Shown here: in pieces, positions 36,178-45,119 of the stretch
Layout of the letters: the number at the start of each line of letters is the position of its first letter
Numbering within the stretch: the stretch's first letter is position 1
Source of the DNA: Polyangiales bacterium
GTDB lineage: Bacteria; Myxococcota_A; Polyangia; Polyangiales; Polyangiaceae
NCBI GenBank assembly: GCA_038231275.1
Contig: JBBRLQ010000005.1
Span: 323,645 to 387,644 of the forward strand
DNA length: 64,000 nucleotides
Reading direction: 5' to 3'
Made by a program: the position numbers and the translations under genes
Notes under the pieces: model-generated
Database searches by the model: none
What the model was told of the DNA's origin: nothing
Seen by the model: only the letters and a program-made list of their open reading frames with translations

Positions 36178-36369
36178 ATGAGCACCAAAACCGTCATCAA
36201 CAGCTGGGACTGGGACATCCGCGTTCGCGAGCGCAACCTGAAGAGCGGCGCGCTCACGGACAAGGACGTCGAGAAGCACATCGCGGCCCTCCCGGATCTC
36301 GAAGGGCAGACCGATCCGGTCACCCTCGCGCAGCCCGCCATCGCCGGCCGCGAGGATTCGTCGTCCTAG
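36178..36369 (+). CDS. Small hypothetical protein (63 aa)
   Basis: AGAGGA RBS; high-GC codon usage; DIRVRERNLKSGALT...LPD. Confidence 0.75.
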   Translation: MSTKTVINSWDWDIRVRERNLKSGALTDKDVEKHIAALPDLEGQTDPVTLAQPAIAGREDSSS

Positions 36370-36404
36370 CCACGCGCGTTCCACCCCCCTTGGCGGAGGT
36401 CCCC

Positions 36405-36692
36405 GTGTCCGACGAAGTAGAAACCCCGGTCGATTTCGCCACCTTCATCATCTCGATGAACCACTCCGCGCTCATCGAGCTCGGCGTCGCGCCGCATCCG
36501 GAGACCGACAAGGTCGAGGTGAACGTCGCGCACGCCCGCAACACCATCGATCTGCTCGCCATGCTGGAAGAGAAGACGAAGGGCAACCTCACCGGCGACG
36601 AAGAGCGCCTTCTCCATCAAGTCCTCTACGACCTGCGCATGCAGTGCGTGGAGCTGGAGAAACGGCTGGCCGGAGCGAAGGCAGGGAAGTAG
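36405..36692 (+). CDS. DUF1844 family protein
   Basis: FATFIISM, ARNTIDLLAMLEEKTKGNLT..EERLL..LYDLRM; GGAGG RBS. Confidence 0.88.
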   Translation: MSDEVETPVDFATFIISMNHSALIELGVAPHPETDKVEVNVAHARNTIDLLAMLEEKTKGNLTGDEERLLHQVLYDLRMQCVELEKRLAGAKAGK

Positions 36693-36694
36693 CC

Positions 36695-37945
36695 ATGGCG
36701 TCACGCGCGCTTGCCGGGGCCTTCATGGTGGCCCTCGCGGTTTTTCCGCTGATTTCTGCGTGTGGCAAAGGGAAGGGGAGCGGTGGTCCGGGTGGGCTGC
36801 CGAGCGGCGCCGTGCCGGTCGCCAGCGCGAACCCTCCGCCCGGAACGCCGCTCACGTCGCCGCCGCCCTCGCCCGTCCCCGAGGTGAAGCTCGCGGCGGG
36901 TGGTCCGGTCGGCGCCCCGATGTCGTTCGCGCCGATCGCGAAGCACGCCGATCCGAGCGTCGTCACGATCAACACGGTCGTCGAGGAGACCGAGCCCGAC
37001 ATGTTCGGCCGCGCGCGCCGCCGCGTCGCCAAGGGCCTCGGCACCGGCTTCGTGGTCGACAAGGACGGCGTCATCCTCACGAACAACCACGTCATCGACG
37101 AGGCCAAGTCGATCCTCGTGAAGACGTCCGACGATCGCGAGTTCCCGGGAACGCTAGTGGGCCGCGACTCCCGCACCGACGTCGCCGTGCTCCGCATCGA
37201 CATGAAAGACCCGAAGGGCGGTCCGCCGCTCGTTCCCCTCGCGCTCGGCGACTCGGACACGCTCGACGTCGGCGATTGGGTCGTCGCGATCGGCAACCCG
37301 TTCGGCCTCTCGCACACCGTCAGCGCCGGCATCGTCAGCGCGAAGGGCCGCGGCAAAGAGGAGGTCGAGCTCGATCCGAGCGGCTACTACAACTTCCTCC
37401 AGACCGACGCGTCGATCAACCCGGGCAACTCCGGCGGGCCGCTCCTCAACTTGAAGGGCGAGGTCGTCGGCATCAACACGGCGATCCGAGGCGGCGGCGC
37501 GCAAGGCATCGGCTTCGCGATCCCGGTCAACATGGTGAAGCAGCTCCTCCCCATGCTGCTCCGCGACGGTCACATCACCCGCAGCGCCCTCGGCGTCAGC
37601 GTCCGCGATTTGCGCGAGCTCTCTCCAGAGGACAAGGCGCAGCTGAAACGGACGGACGACAAGGGCACGCTGGTGATGGCGGTATCGCGTGGAGGTCCGG
37701 CCGAGAAGGTTGGCCTCGCGCCGCTCGACGTCATCCTCACGTTCGACGGCGAGCCGGTCGATCGCGCCAGCCAGCTCCAGTGGCTCGCGAGCATGGCCGG
37801 CGTCGGAAAAACCGTGACGTTGCGGGTATCTCGCGAGGGCAAGCCGTTCGACATCAAGGTGACGCTCGGCGAGCTCAAGGACGGCCCGGCCCCCGCCGGT
37901 CATCGCCCAGGCCCCCCACGCGGCCGTGGCGGGGATCCGCCCTGA
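36695..37945 (+). CDS. HtrA/DegP-family serine protease with one PDZ domain (lipoprotein)
   Basis: GTGFVV, TNNHV, DVAVL, QTDASINPGNSGGPL, then PDZ. Confidence 0.95.
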   Translation: MASRALAGAFMVALAVFPLISACGKGKGSGGPGGLPSGAVPVASANPPPGTPLTSPPPSPVPEVKLAAGGPVGAPMSFAPIAKHADPSVVTINTVVEETEPDMFGRARRRVAKGLGTGFVVDKDGVILTNNHVIDEAKSILVKTSDDREFPGTLVGRDSRTDVAVLRIDMKDPKGGPPLVPLALGDSDTLDVGDWVVAIGNPFGLSHTVSAGIVSAKGRGKEEVELDPSGYYNFLQTDASINPGNSGGPLLNLKGEVVGINTAIRGGGAQGIGFAIPVNMVKQLLPMLLRDGHITRSALGVSVRDLRELSPEDKAQLKRTDDKGTLVMAVSRGGPAEKVGLAPLDVILTFDGEPVDRASQLQWLASMAGVGKTVTLRVSREGKPFDIKVTLGELKDGPAPAGHRPGPPRGRGGDPP

Positions 37946-38139
37946 ACACCCGTACCCCCCGACTCCTCTGGACACGGGACCCACTGTCCGTACTACGGTA
38001 GGCGGAGATGTGCCCTCGGGAAGACAAGCTCGACGACGCTCCGGAGTCGGAAGCGGCGGCAGAGTCCGAGGACGAGCAACGTCCCCACGCAAGGGATCGG
38101 GGCGCGAATGCACCCTCGCGCGCGCCCGCCGTACCAATA

Positions 38140-38859
38140 GTGAATCAGCGTGAAATCCCCGCGTCCAACAGCAAGCAGGTAAGGGCTCGGGAGGCGGAAG
38201 AAGATCGTGGTCTCATCGCGCGCGCACAATCCGGCGACATGGCGGCTTTTCGGAAGCTCGTCGAACGCCACCAGCGTCGCGCCTTCGCGATCGCGCTCTC
38301 TCTCGTGCGCGACGAGAACGACGCCCGTGAGCTCGTTCAGGAGGCCTTCCTGCGCGTCTACCGTGGGCTCGCTTCGTTCCAGGGCGGCTCGAGCTTCTTC
38401 ACTTGGCTCTACCGGATCATCACGAACCTCAGCATCGACCTCATTCGAAAGCCCGGCCGTCAGCTCGGCGACCTGGACGACTCGCGCCTCGAGGCGGATG
38501 AATCCCAAGAAGCAGACTTTCCTTTCCTCAGCCGCGTCGACGGTGGCGATCCTGCCGACGTCGTTCGACGGCGAGAAATCGCGGCGCGGCTGCAAACAGC
38601 CCTCGACGCGCTCCCCAGCTACCACCGCGGCGTAATCGTCATGCGCGAGATCGAAGGGCTCAGTTACGAGGAAATGGCGCAGGCCATGGGGGTCTCCAAG
38701 GGGACCATCATGAGCCGGCTGTTCCACGCCCGCCAGAAGCTCCAGAAGGCGCTGGTCGACTGCTACACCGAGCAGATCGGCCACAAGCCGGACACCGATC
38801 GCGATCGCGATGGCGCGGAGTCGGAGCACGACGCGGCCGAGGAAGAGAGGCCCGCGTGA
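38140..38859 (+). CDS. ECF sigma factor (RpoE-like)
   Basis: ARELVQEAFLRVY, FFTWLYRI, GLSYEEMA..GTIMSRLFHAR. Start uncertain (38008-38140). Confidence 0.92.
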   Translation: MNQREIPASNSKQVRAREAEEDRGLIARAQSGDMAAFRKLVERHQRRAFAIALSLVRDENDARELVQEAFLRVYRGLASFQGGSSFFTWLYRIITNLSIDLIRKPGRQLGDLDDSRLEADESQEADFPFLSRVDGGDPADVVRRREIAARLQTALDALPSYHRGVIVMREIEGLSYEEMAQAMGVSKGTIMSRLFHARQKLQKALVDCYTEQIGHKPDTDRDRDGAESEHDAAEEERPA

Positions 38860-39485
38860 CCTCCGCCAAGCTGACCAAAGACGTGATGCTCGAGCTCATG
38901 GCCTACGCCGACGGCGAGCTCGACGCCGAGGAGATGGCCCGCGTGGAGCGGCTCATCGCCAAGGATCCGGACGCCAAGCGCCTCGTTTCGTCGATCGGCG
39001 TCCTCGGCGCCTACGTCGAGGACATGCACGAGCCTGCGCACGCCGCGGCGACCGAAGGGCTCGCCGACGACATCATGGCGCGGGTCCAAAAAGAGGGCCC
39101 GCCGCGGAAGTCCAGCATGCGCCCGCCGAAGGTCGTCGACCTTCGGGACGCGCGGGAGAAGCGGGTCAAGGTCGCAACCGCGCTCGTGGCCGTCGTCGCG
39201 CTCGCCGCCGGCATCGTGCTGACGACCCGCAAGGCGAACGAGGACGGACGCATCCAAGCGTCGCCCGGTACGCAGCACACGACGTCGCCGGCCACGCCGG
39301 GGGCTGGTGCCGGCGCTCCGCCCGCGCCTCCCCAGCAGCTCGCCACGGCGGCAGCAGCAGGCGGCGTCGACGTCGATCAGGTCGACTCGAACAACGACGT
39401 TCAGGTGTTCTACTTGCCCTCGTCCCTCGGCGTGAACGCGTCGAGCGTGGTCGTTTGGATCGACGACAAGGGGTCCGGCCAGTGA
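38856..39485 (+). CDS. Anti-sigma factor (membrane-anchored)
   Basis: LMAYADGELDAEE anti-sigma domain, single TM segment, GTGA overlap with the ECF. Confidence 0.82.
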   Translation: MTSAKLTKDVMLELMAYADGELDAEEMARVERLIAKDPDAKRLVSSIGVLGAYVEDMHEPAHAAATEGLADDIMARVQKEGPPRKSSMRPPKVVDLRDAREKRVKVATALVAVVALAAGIVLTTRKANEDGRIQASPGTQHTTSPATPGAGAGAPPAPPQQLATAAAAGGVDVDQVDSNNDVQVFYLPSSLGVNASSVVVWIDDKGSGQ

Positions 39486-40030
39486 AGGTCCGTCGCCTCG
39501 CGCTCGCGCTGTCGGTCGCCGCAGCGGTGGTCTCGTCCGCCGTCGCGTGGGCCGACGCGCCCGCGCAGCCGCCCAAAGCGTCGGCGCCGGTTGCCACGAT
39601 TGCCACAGCTGCTGCCGCTGCTCAATCCGCGGTGGCCGAGATCGTCGTGATTCACGCGACGAAGGATGACGCCGGCTCCGGCGTGGACCCGCGCATCGGC
39701 CGGATGCCGAACGTCGGCAAGAAGCCCTTCAGTGACTACACGACGTTCAAGCTCGTCGAGAAGAAGCTCCTCACCCTCGAGAAAGGGCGCGCCGAGAGCT
39801 ACGCGATGGTCACCGGCCGCACCCTCAAGGTCGCGCTCCACGGCGTGACCAACGACGGCCGCTACGTCGTCGAGGCGTCGATCGATCAGCCGGGAAAGAC
39901 CGAGTACCTGAAGCTGCTCGAGGTGACGGCGGCCCCCAACGAGCCGTTCTTCGTGGGTGGTCAGTCGCACAAGGGCGGCACCCTGATCCTCTCGATCACG
40001 ATGCGCCCGGCGCCGCCCCCCGCGCGTTGA
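39482..40030 (+). CDS. Exported hypothetical protein in the ECF operon
   Basis: Signal peptide ending AWA; GTGA coupling with the anti-sigma gene. Confidence 0.72.
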   Translation: MKVRRLALALSVAAAVVSSAVAWADAPAQPPKASAPVATIATAAAAAQSAVAEIVVIHATKDDAGSGVDPRIGRMPNVGKKPFSDYTTFKLVEKKLLTLEKGRAESYAMVTGRTLKVALHGVTNDGRYVVEASIDQPGKTEYLKLLEVTAAPNEPFFVGGQSHKGGTLILSITMRPAPPPAR

Positions 40031-40161
40031 TGGGGTGGTTCTGACCCACGGGTCACGGCTGATTGTGCCTGGCGCAAGGTGCGAGCGCTTTACGCAGTGA
40101 AGAGAGAGCAGCTGCTTGAAGGTGTAGAGCGCCGCGCTATACGCACCGCATGCGCTCGGGG

Positions 40162-41610
40162 ATGACGCGTCTTCTTCTCTCACTTTCTCTCGTCGCTGCG
40201 TGCGGCGGATCCTCCACGCCTGAGGCGACGATCACCGCGCCCGACGCGGCGACCTCGACTCCGCTTCCGCCGATCCCGAGCCCGCCGCCTGCCGGTTCAC
40301 CCGCGGACGCGGGCGTAGAGTCGGATGGCGGCGTCGATTCCGCGCCCACGCCCTCGCCGGTCGCGATCACCTTCCTCGACTCCGCCGGCCGCGAGATCAC
40401 CGAACAGATCGTCTTCGAAGCCGCCGAAGTGCGCGTCAGTGGAGCAGCGCCGGGCGCGAAGCTCACGCTGAGCGCGAGGCTCCGGGGCGACACGTACGAG
40501 TCGAGCGCGACGTTTCTCGTTCGCGCCGACGGGACGGTCTCGACGCGGCAGCAGGCGCCTGAGGCGGGCGGCTCGTACTCCGGCGTCGACGTCGATGGCT
40601 TGTTCTGGAGCATGGCCCCAACCGATCCGGCGCTGACCGGCTTCTCATCGACCGACATCGCGGTGCGCGCAGAGCTCGACGGGAAATCCGTGAGCCTGGC
40701 TTGGCTCACGCGCCCGTTCGCGGCCGCAGGGGTCCGCTCGCGGCACGTGTCGGACAACGGCCTCGTCGGGGTCTTCCACACGCCCGCGTCGCCGGGTCCG
40801 CACCCTGCGATTTTGGCTTTTGGCGGTTCGGAAGGGGGTCTCCAGGGCGGCGACACCATGGCCAGCTTCTTGGCGTCGATGGGGTATGCCGCGCTGGGCG
40901 TGGCGTATTTCGGATCGCCGGGCCTCCCGAAGGATCTCCAGGGGGTGCCGCTCGAATACCTGGGCAAAGCCCTCGCGTGGCTCGCGGCGCAACCCGAGGT
41001 CGTTCCCTCGAAGCTCGGCGTGATGGGCGGCTCGCGCGGCGGCGAGCTGGCGTTGCTGCTCGGGGCCGTCTATCCCGAGGTGCACGCCGTGGTCGCGCAA
41101 GCCCCGAGCGCGCTCGCGTGGGGCGACGCGTGGACGTACCAAGGAAAGACGATTCCCGGGATCATGCGGTACGGCACCCCGCAGACGGCCGTAGATGCGC
41201 AAGGTCGCACCGTCTACCTCGAAACCCCGGCGTTCGAGCAGGCGCTGGCCGAGTCGACCGCCGCGGAGATCGACGCGGCGACCACGCGCGTCGAGAAGAC
41301 GCGTGGGCCCATCTTGATGATCGCGGGGGCGGCGGACTCGCTGTGGCCGTCGTGCCGTTTCGCCAAGGTCGCGATGGATCGCCTCGACGCGGCGGGTCAC
41401 ACGGCGACGTACGGCGACGAAATGCACTGCTATCCGGGCGCCGGGCACTGGGTGACGCCGTATGGAGCGGGGTTGCCCACGAACGTCCCGCAGGAGTTCT
41501 CGGCGGACGGGTTGCTTTACTCGGTCGGCGGAGATGGACCGGGCCTCGGGCATGGCGACCGCGACTCCTACGCGCGACTCCAGGCGTTCCTCGCCCGCGC
41601 TCTGAAGTGA
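40162..41610 (+). CDS. Acyl-CoA thioesterase/BAAT-family alpha/beta hydrolase, lipoprotein
   Basis: GSYSGVDVDGLFWSM, GGSEGG, GGSRGGE nucleophile, D..WPS, YPGAGH; lipobox VAAC. Confidence 0.88.
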   Translation: MTRLLLSLSLVAACGGSSTPEATITAPDAATSTPLPPIPSPPPAGSPADAGVESDGGVDSAPTPSPVAITFLDSAGREITEQIVFEAAEVRVSGAAPGAKLTLSARLRGDTYESSATFLVRADGTVSTRQQAPEAGGSYSGVDVDGLFWSMAPTDPALTGFSSTDIAVRAELDGKSVSLAWLTRPFAAAGVRSRHVSDNGLVGVFHTPASPGPHPAILAFGGSEGGLQGGDTMASFLASMGYAALGVAYFGSPGLPKDLQGVPLEYLGKALAWLAAQPEVVPSKLGVMGGSRGGELALLLGAVYPEVHAVVAQAPSALAWGDAWTYQGKTIPGIMRYGTPQTAVDAQGRTVYLETPAFEQALAESTAAEIDAATTRVEKTRGPILMIAGAADSLWPSCRFAKVAMDRLDAAGHTATYGDEMHCYPGAGHWVTPYGAGLPTNVPQEFSADGLLYSVGGDGPGLGHGDRDSYARLQAFLARALK

Positions 41611-41731
41611 GACGTCGTGACGAGGCCGTCGGAACCCGAAAGCTGATCGCTTGTTCCGTCGTTCTCGGGTCATGGAACGCAAGTGCGCCGGGTTTTCGTC
41701 CGAATCGCGCCGTTATGGTAACTCTCCTGCG

Positions 41732-42670
41732 ATGGGTGAAGGCAAGGAGCGACCCTTTTCCGTCGACCTTCCGCGCGCGGGTGAGGATCGACCCGCCTGG
41801 GTCAAAGTGGGCGTCATTGCCGCGGTTGGCTTCGCCGTGGGCGTCGCGTGGCCGCGCATCGCCGGCGTTCGCCTCGGCCCGTCGGCGCCCGGAGATGCGC
41901 CGAGCGCCGCGACCGCGACGACCGCCGCGCCGCGCGCGAGCGAGCCCACCTCCGCCACCGCGCCCGCCGTCCTCGCCACCGCGCCGAGCGCGCCGCCTTC
42001 CGCGTCTGCCGCAGCGTCGTCCGGACCGCCGAACGTCGTCGTGTCGCGCGGCGCCATCGTGGCGTGCAAGACCGACGACGGCGAGGCGCTGAAAGGCCAA
42101 GCCGCGTGCGGGCACCTCGCGGGGATCGACAACCTCGTGCAGCCGCGCATCCGCCGGCTCAAGGAGTGCTCCGCGGCCGAGGGGGCGACCGGCAAGCTGT
42201 CAATCGTCTTCGGCGTGGACTTCGCGAACAACCGGCTGAACGTCGAGGTCGGCAAGGGCTCGAACGTCGCGAACGTCGAGTCGATCGCGGGGTGCGTGAA
42301 GCACGAGTTCGGCGGCATCTCGCTTGGCGCGATGGACCACGATCATCCGCGGTACACCGTCGCCTACACTGCGACGTTGACCGCCTCCGATGGGGCGACC
42401 GCATCGAACGCGACGCCTGGCGCGTCGACGGCAACGACGGCGACGGGTGGCGGGACTCCCACGCCGGTCGCCATGGACGCGCCGACGTCGTCGGTGGTGT
42501 GGGAGGTCGCGATCGTCCGTGACGCGCCGCGCACCGGTCAAGTCGTCGGGCGCCTGCAGCGCGGCACGAAGGTGCGCGTGGGGCAGGGGCAGGAGAACTG
42601 GTACCGCGTCCGCTACGGCGGCAACTACGCGAACGAGGGCTGGGTCTACCGCGGCGCGATCGGCCGCTGA
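41732..42670 (+). CDS. Membrane-anchored protein with C-terminal bacterial SH3 domain
   Basis: N-terminal TM segment; VRDAPRTGQVVGRLQRGTKV...WYRV...GWV. Confidence 0.8.
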   Translation: MGEGKERPFSVDLPRAGEDRPAWVKVGVIAAVGFAVGVAWPRIAGVRLGPSAPGDAPSAATATTAAPRASEPTSATAPAVLATAPSAPPSASAAASSGPPNVVVSRGAIVACKTDDGEALKGQAACGHLAGIDNLVQPRIRRLKECSAAEGATGKLSIVFGVDFANNRLNVEVGKGSNVANVESIAGCVKHEFGGISLGAMDHDHPRYTVAYTATLTASDGATASNATPGASTATTATGGGTPTPVAMDAPTSSVVWEVAIVRDAPRTGQVVGRLQRGTKVRVGQGQENWYRVRYGGNYANEGWVYRGAIGR

Positions 42671-42681
42671 TCGACGCTCGG

Positions 42682-42963
42682 TCAGCGATCCGAATACGGC
42701 TCGGAGAACGGCACGTCGTCGTCGTCGGCCGTCGTCTGGAAGGGCTTGGTCTTCGCATTCCCTTCCGCGTCGACGGCGAGGAGCTGCTCGACCTTCTTCT
42801 GCGCGGCGTCGAGGCGCTCCTGGGAGAGGCGTGAGAGGCGCACTCCCTCCTCGAAGAGCGTGAGCGAGTCCTCCAGCGGCAAGTCACCCTTCTCGAGCTT
42901 CTGCACGATCTCGCTCAGGCGCTTGATCGCGTCTTCGAAGGTAGGGGCGGCCGCGTCGGTCAT
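42682..42963 (-). CDS. xseB: Exodeoxyribonuclease VII small subunit
   Basis: TFEDAIKRLSEIVQKLEKGDLPLEDSLTLFEEGVRL. Confidence 0.95.
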   Translation of the reverse strand: MTDAAAPTFEDAIKRLSEIVQKLEKGDLPLEDSLTLFEEGVRLSRLSQERLDAAQKKVEQLLAVDAEGNAKTKPFQTTADDDDVPFSEPYSDR

Positions 42964-45119
42964 GGGCGCGGATCCTGGCCTCGCGGGAGGCGGGGCGCAA
43001 GCACCAGACGGGCCTCGCCGGGAGGCACGCCGAGGACGAGCGCGTAGCCGTCGTCGTCGAACACGATGGGCACGGCCAGTCCGTCGGCGCGGACGAGTGC
43101 GCCGATGAAGGGAGACCCGGTCGGCGCGCCGCCGCCGGGCTCGGTGACGCGCACCCACGCGACCTCGTTCGAGGGGGCGGAGCGCAGCGTGGCGGGGCGA
43201 CCGTCGAGCGCGCGACCGGCCATCCAGCGCACCATCGGATCCGGATCGAGGCGCGCCGCGGTCGCGAGGGCGAGGGCGCGTGAAGGAGCGGGGCCGTCTT
43301 GGGTGCGGGCGGCCAGCGCGGATACGATCGCGCGGCGGACGCCGAGGTTGGCTTCGTACATCCACGCCTCGGCGAGCTTGCCGCTCGCGGACGGCGCCTG
43401 GCTCGCGCCGAGGCCGAGCGCGGTGTGGGCGCGCAGGAGCGGATCGCGCGAGGCGAGGAGCGCGTCGATCTTCGCGTCGAGCGTCGCGTCGGCGCGGCGC
43501 GCGAGGGTCATCGCCGCAAGGGGCGCGCCGGGGGCTCCGGACTCGGCGCGATCGAGGAGCGTCGTGGTCGTGAGGCGCGCGGCCGTGTCTCCCGCGAGGA
43601 GCCCGATGTCCATGACGGCGCGCGTCGCCTCGTCGGTCTCGATGGCCCCCTGACGAACGAGCGCGTCGAGGCTGTCGGCGGCCTGGTCCCCGAGGGCGGC
43701 CATCGCCGCGGCACGCCGAACGCGAGGCTCGCGATCTGCGAGGAGATCGGTCACCTTCGCCTCGCCGAGGGCCACGCGCGCGAACGCCCCGAGCGCACGG
43801 CTCGCCGAATCGGACGACGACGCGACGCTCTGGATGACGCCGTCGAGCGCTCGGCTCCTTTCGCCTCGGACGCGCGCGCGGACGACGTACGCCCGGATCG
43901 CGAGCCTTCGCGTCGTCGGCTGCGCGGCCGCAGCCTCGATCGCGGCCATCGCGTCGGGCGCCGGCGATCGTCCCAGCGCGTTCGCGGCGTCGCCGGCGAG
44001 ATCGGGGTACGCGAGGAGGGCCACAAGTGAGCGCACGGCCTCCGCCGTGCTCCCGCGGCCGAGCGCCGCGACGCCCGCGGTTCGCACGGCTTCGTTTTGC
44101 GTCGCGACGATGCGCGCGGCGAGCGCCTTGGCGACGTGCGCGTCCTGTGCGCGCTCCGCCAACCGGGCACCGGCGAGGGCCGTCGCGTCCTCGGCGAGGA
44201 GCGCCTCGACGGCGCGAGGTGCGTCCGGCGCGGCGAGGAGCACGAGCGCTTCGGTCGCGGCGGCGCGCACACGGACGTCATGCTCGGCGAGCGCCGCGCG
44301 GACTTGCTCGAGCGAGCGCGCGTCGCCGAGCTCGCCGGTCGCGATGAGCGCCGCCGCGCGCACCTGAGGATCGTTCGCCTTGAGCGCCGCGCGTACCGGC
44401 TCCAGCATGCGCAAATCGCCGAGCAGCGCCGCGAGGTGTACTGCCTGCGGAGACGTGCTGCCCGCCGCTGCCCCCGCCGTCCGGGGAGGGAACGCCACCA
44501 GCGCCGCGGTCGCCGCCGCCTGTCCGGGCCCCACACCGCGCGCCAGCGGCACGAGCGTCTCGCCCGCGCGCGGATCGTCGCTCGACGCCAGCGCGAGCGC
44601 CGCGATCTCGCGCGCCAGCTCGATGCGCGGCGGTCCCTCGGGATCGTCCCCCTCGCGCGAGATCGCCCGCGGAGGCACGCCGGTGGTCACGATCTGCAGG
44701 AGCCACCCGCGCGGCCCCGCCTGATCTGCCGCGCGCGCGAGCCCACGCGCCACGCACACCAGCGCGCGCGGATCGAGCCGCGCCGCGCCGACGGCCCCCG
44801 ACTGTGCGTCGAGCGCGGCCCCGAGCAGCGCGAGCGCTTGCGGCGTCCCGATGTCGGCCGCGCGCTCGAGGCCGCGAAGACGCTCGTTCGCATCGCTGGA
44901 GTGCACCAGGCGCGCGGCCATGTCGGCGCCGAAATGCGCGCGCAGCTCACGCGTCGTCCCGAGCGGAGTCGCGACCACGATCGGCGGCTGGGCGCGATCC
45001 TCGCGCCGCGGAGGCGGCTGCGCGAAGCGTGGCGTAGGACCGACCGGCTGCGCGTCGGCGGCGCCCGCGAGGAGGAGCGCCGCGAGGCACGAGCGCCGCG
45101 CTGCCGCCCCGCGCGTCAC
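42960..45119 (-). CDS. Exported HEAT-repeat protein
   Basis: Signal-like N-terminus; repeated D..VRAAA units; 4-nt overlaps with both neighbours. Confidence 0.78.
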   Translation of the reverse strand: MTRGAAARRSCLAALLLAGAADAQPVGPTPRFAQPPPRREDRAQPPIVVATPLGTTRELRAHFGADMAARLVHSSDANERLRGLERAADIGTPQALALLGAALDAQSGAVGAARLDPRALVCVARGLARAADQAGPRGWLLQIVTTGVPPRAISREGDDPEGPPRIELAREIAALALASSDDPRAGETLVPLARGVGPGQAAATAALVAFPPRTAGAAAGSTSPQAVHLAALLGDLRMLEPVRAALKANDPQVRAAALIATGELGDARSLEQVRAALAEHDVRVRAAATEALVLLAAPDAPRAVEALLAEDATALAGARLAERAQDAHVAKALAARIVATQNEAVRTAGVAALGRGSTAEAVRSLVALLAYPDLAGDAANALGRSPAPDAMAAIEAAAAQPTTRRLAIRAYVVRARVRGERSRALDGVIQSVASSSDSASRALGAFARVALGEAKVTDLLADREPRVRRAAAMAALGDQAADSLDALVRQGAIETDEATRAVMDIGLLAGDTAARLTTTTLLDRAESGAPGAPLAAMTLARRADATLDAKIDALLASRDPLLRAHTALGLGASQAPSASGKLAEAWMYEANLGVRRAIVSALAARTQDGPAPSRALALATAARLDPDPMVRWMAGRALDGRPATLRSAPSNEVAWVRVTEPGGGAPTGSPFIGALVRADGLAVPIVFDDDGYALVLGVPPGEARLVLAPRLPRGQDPRP

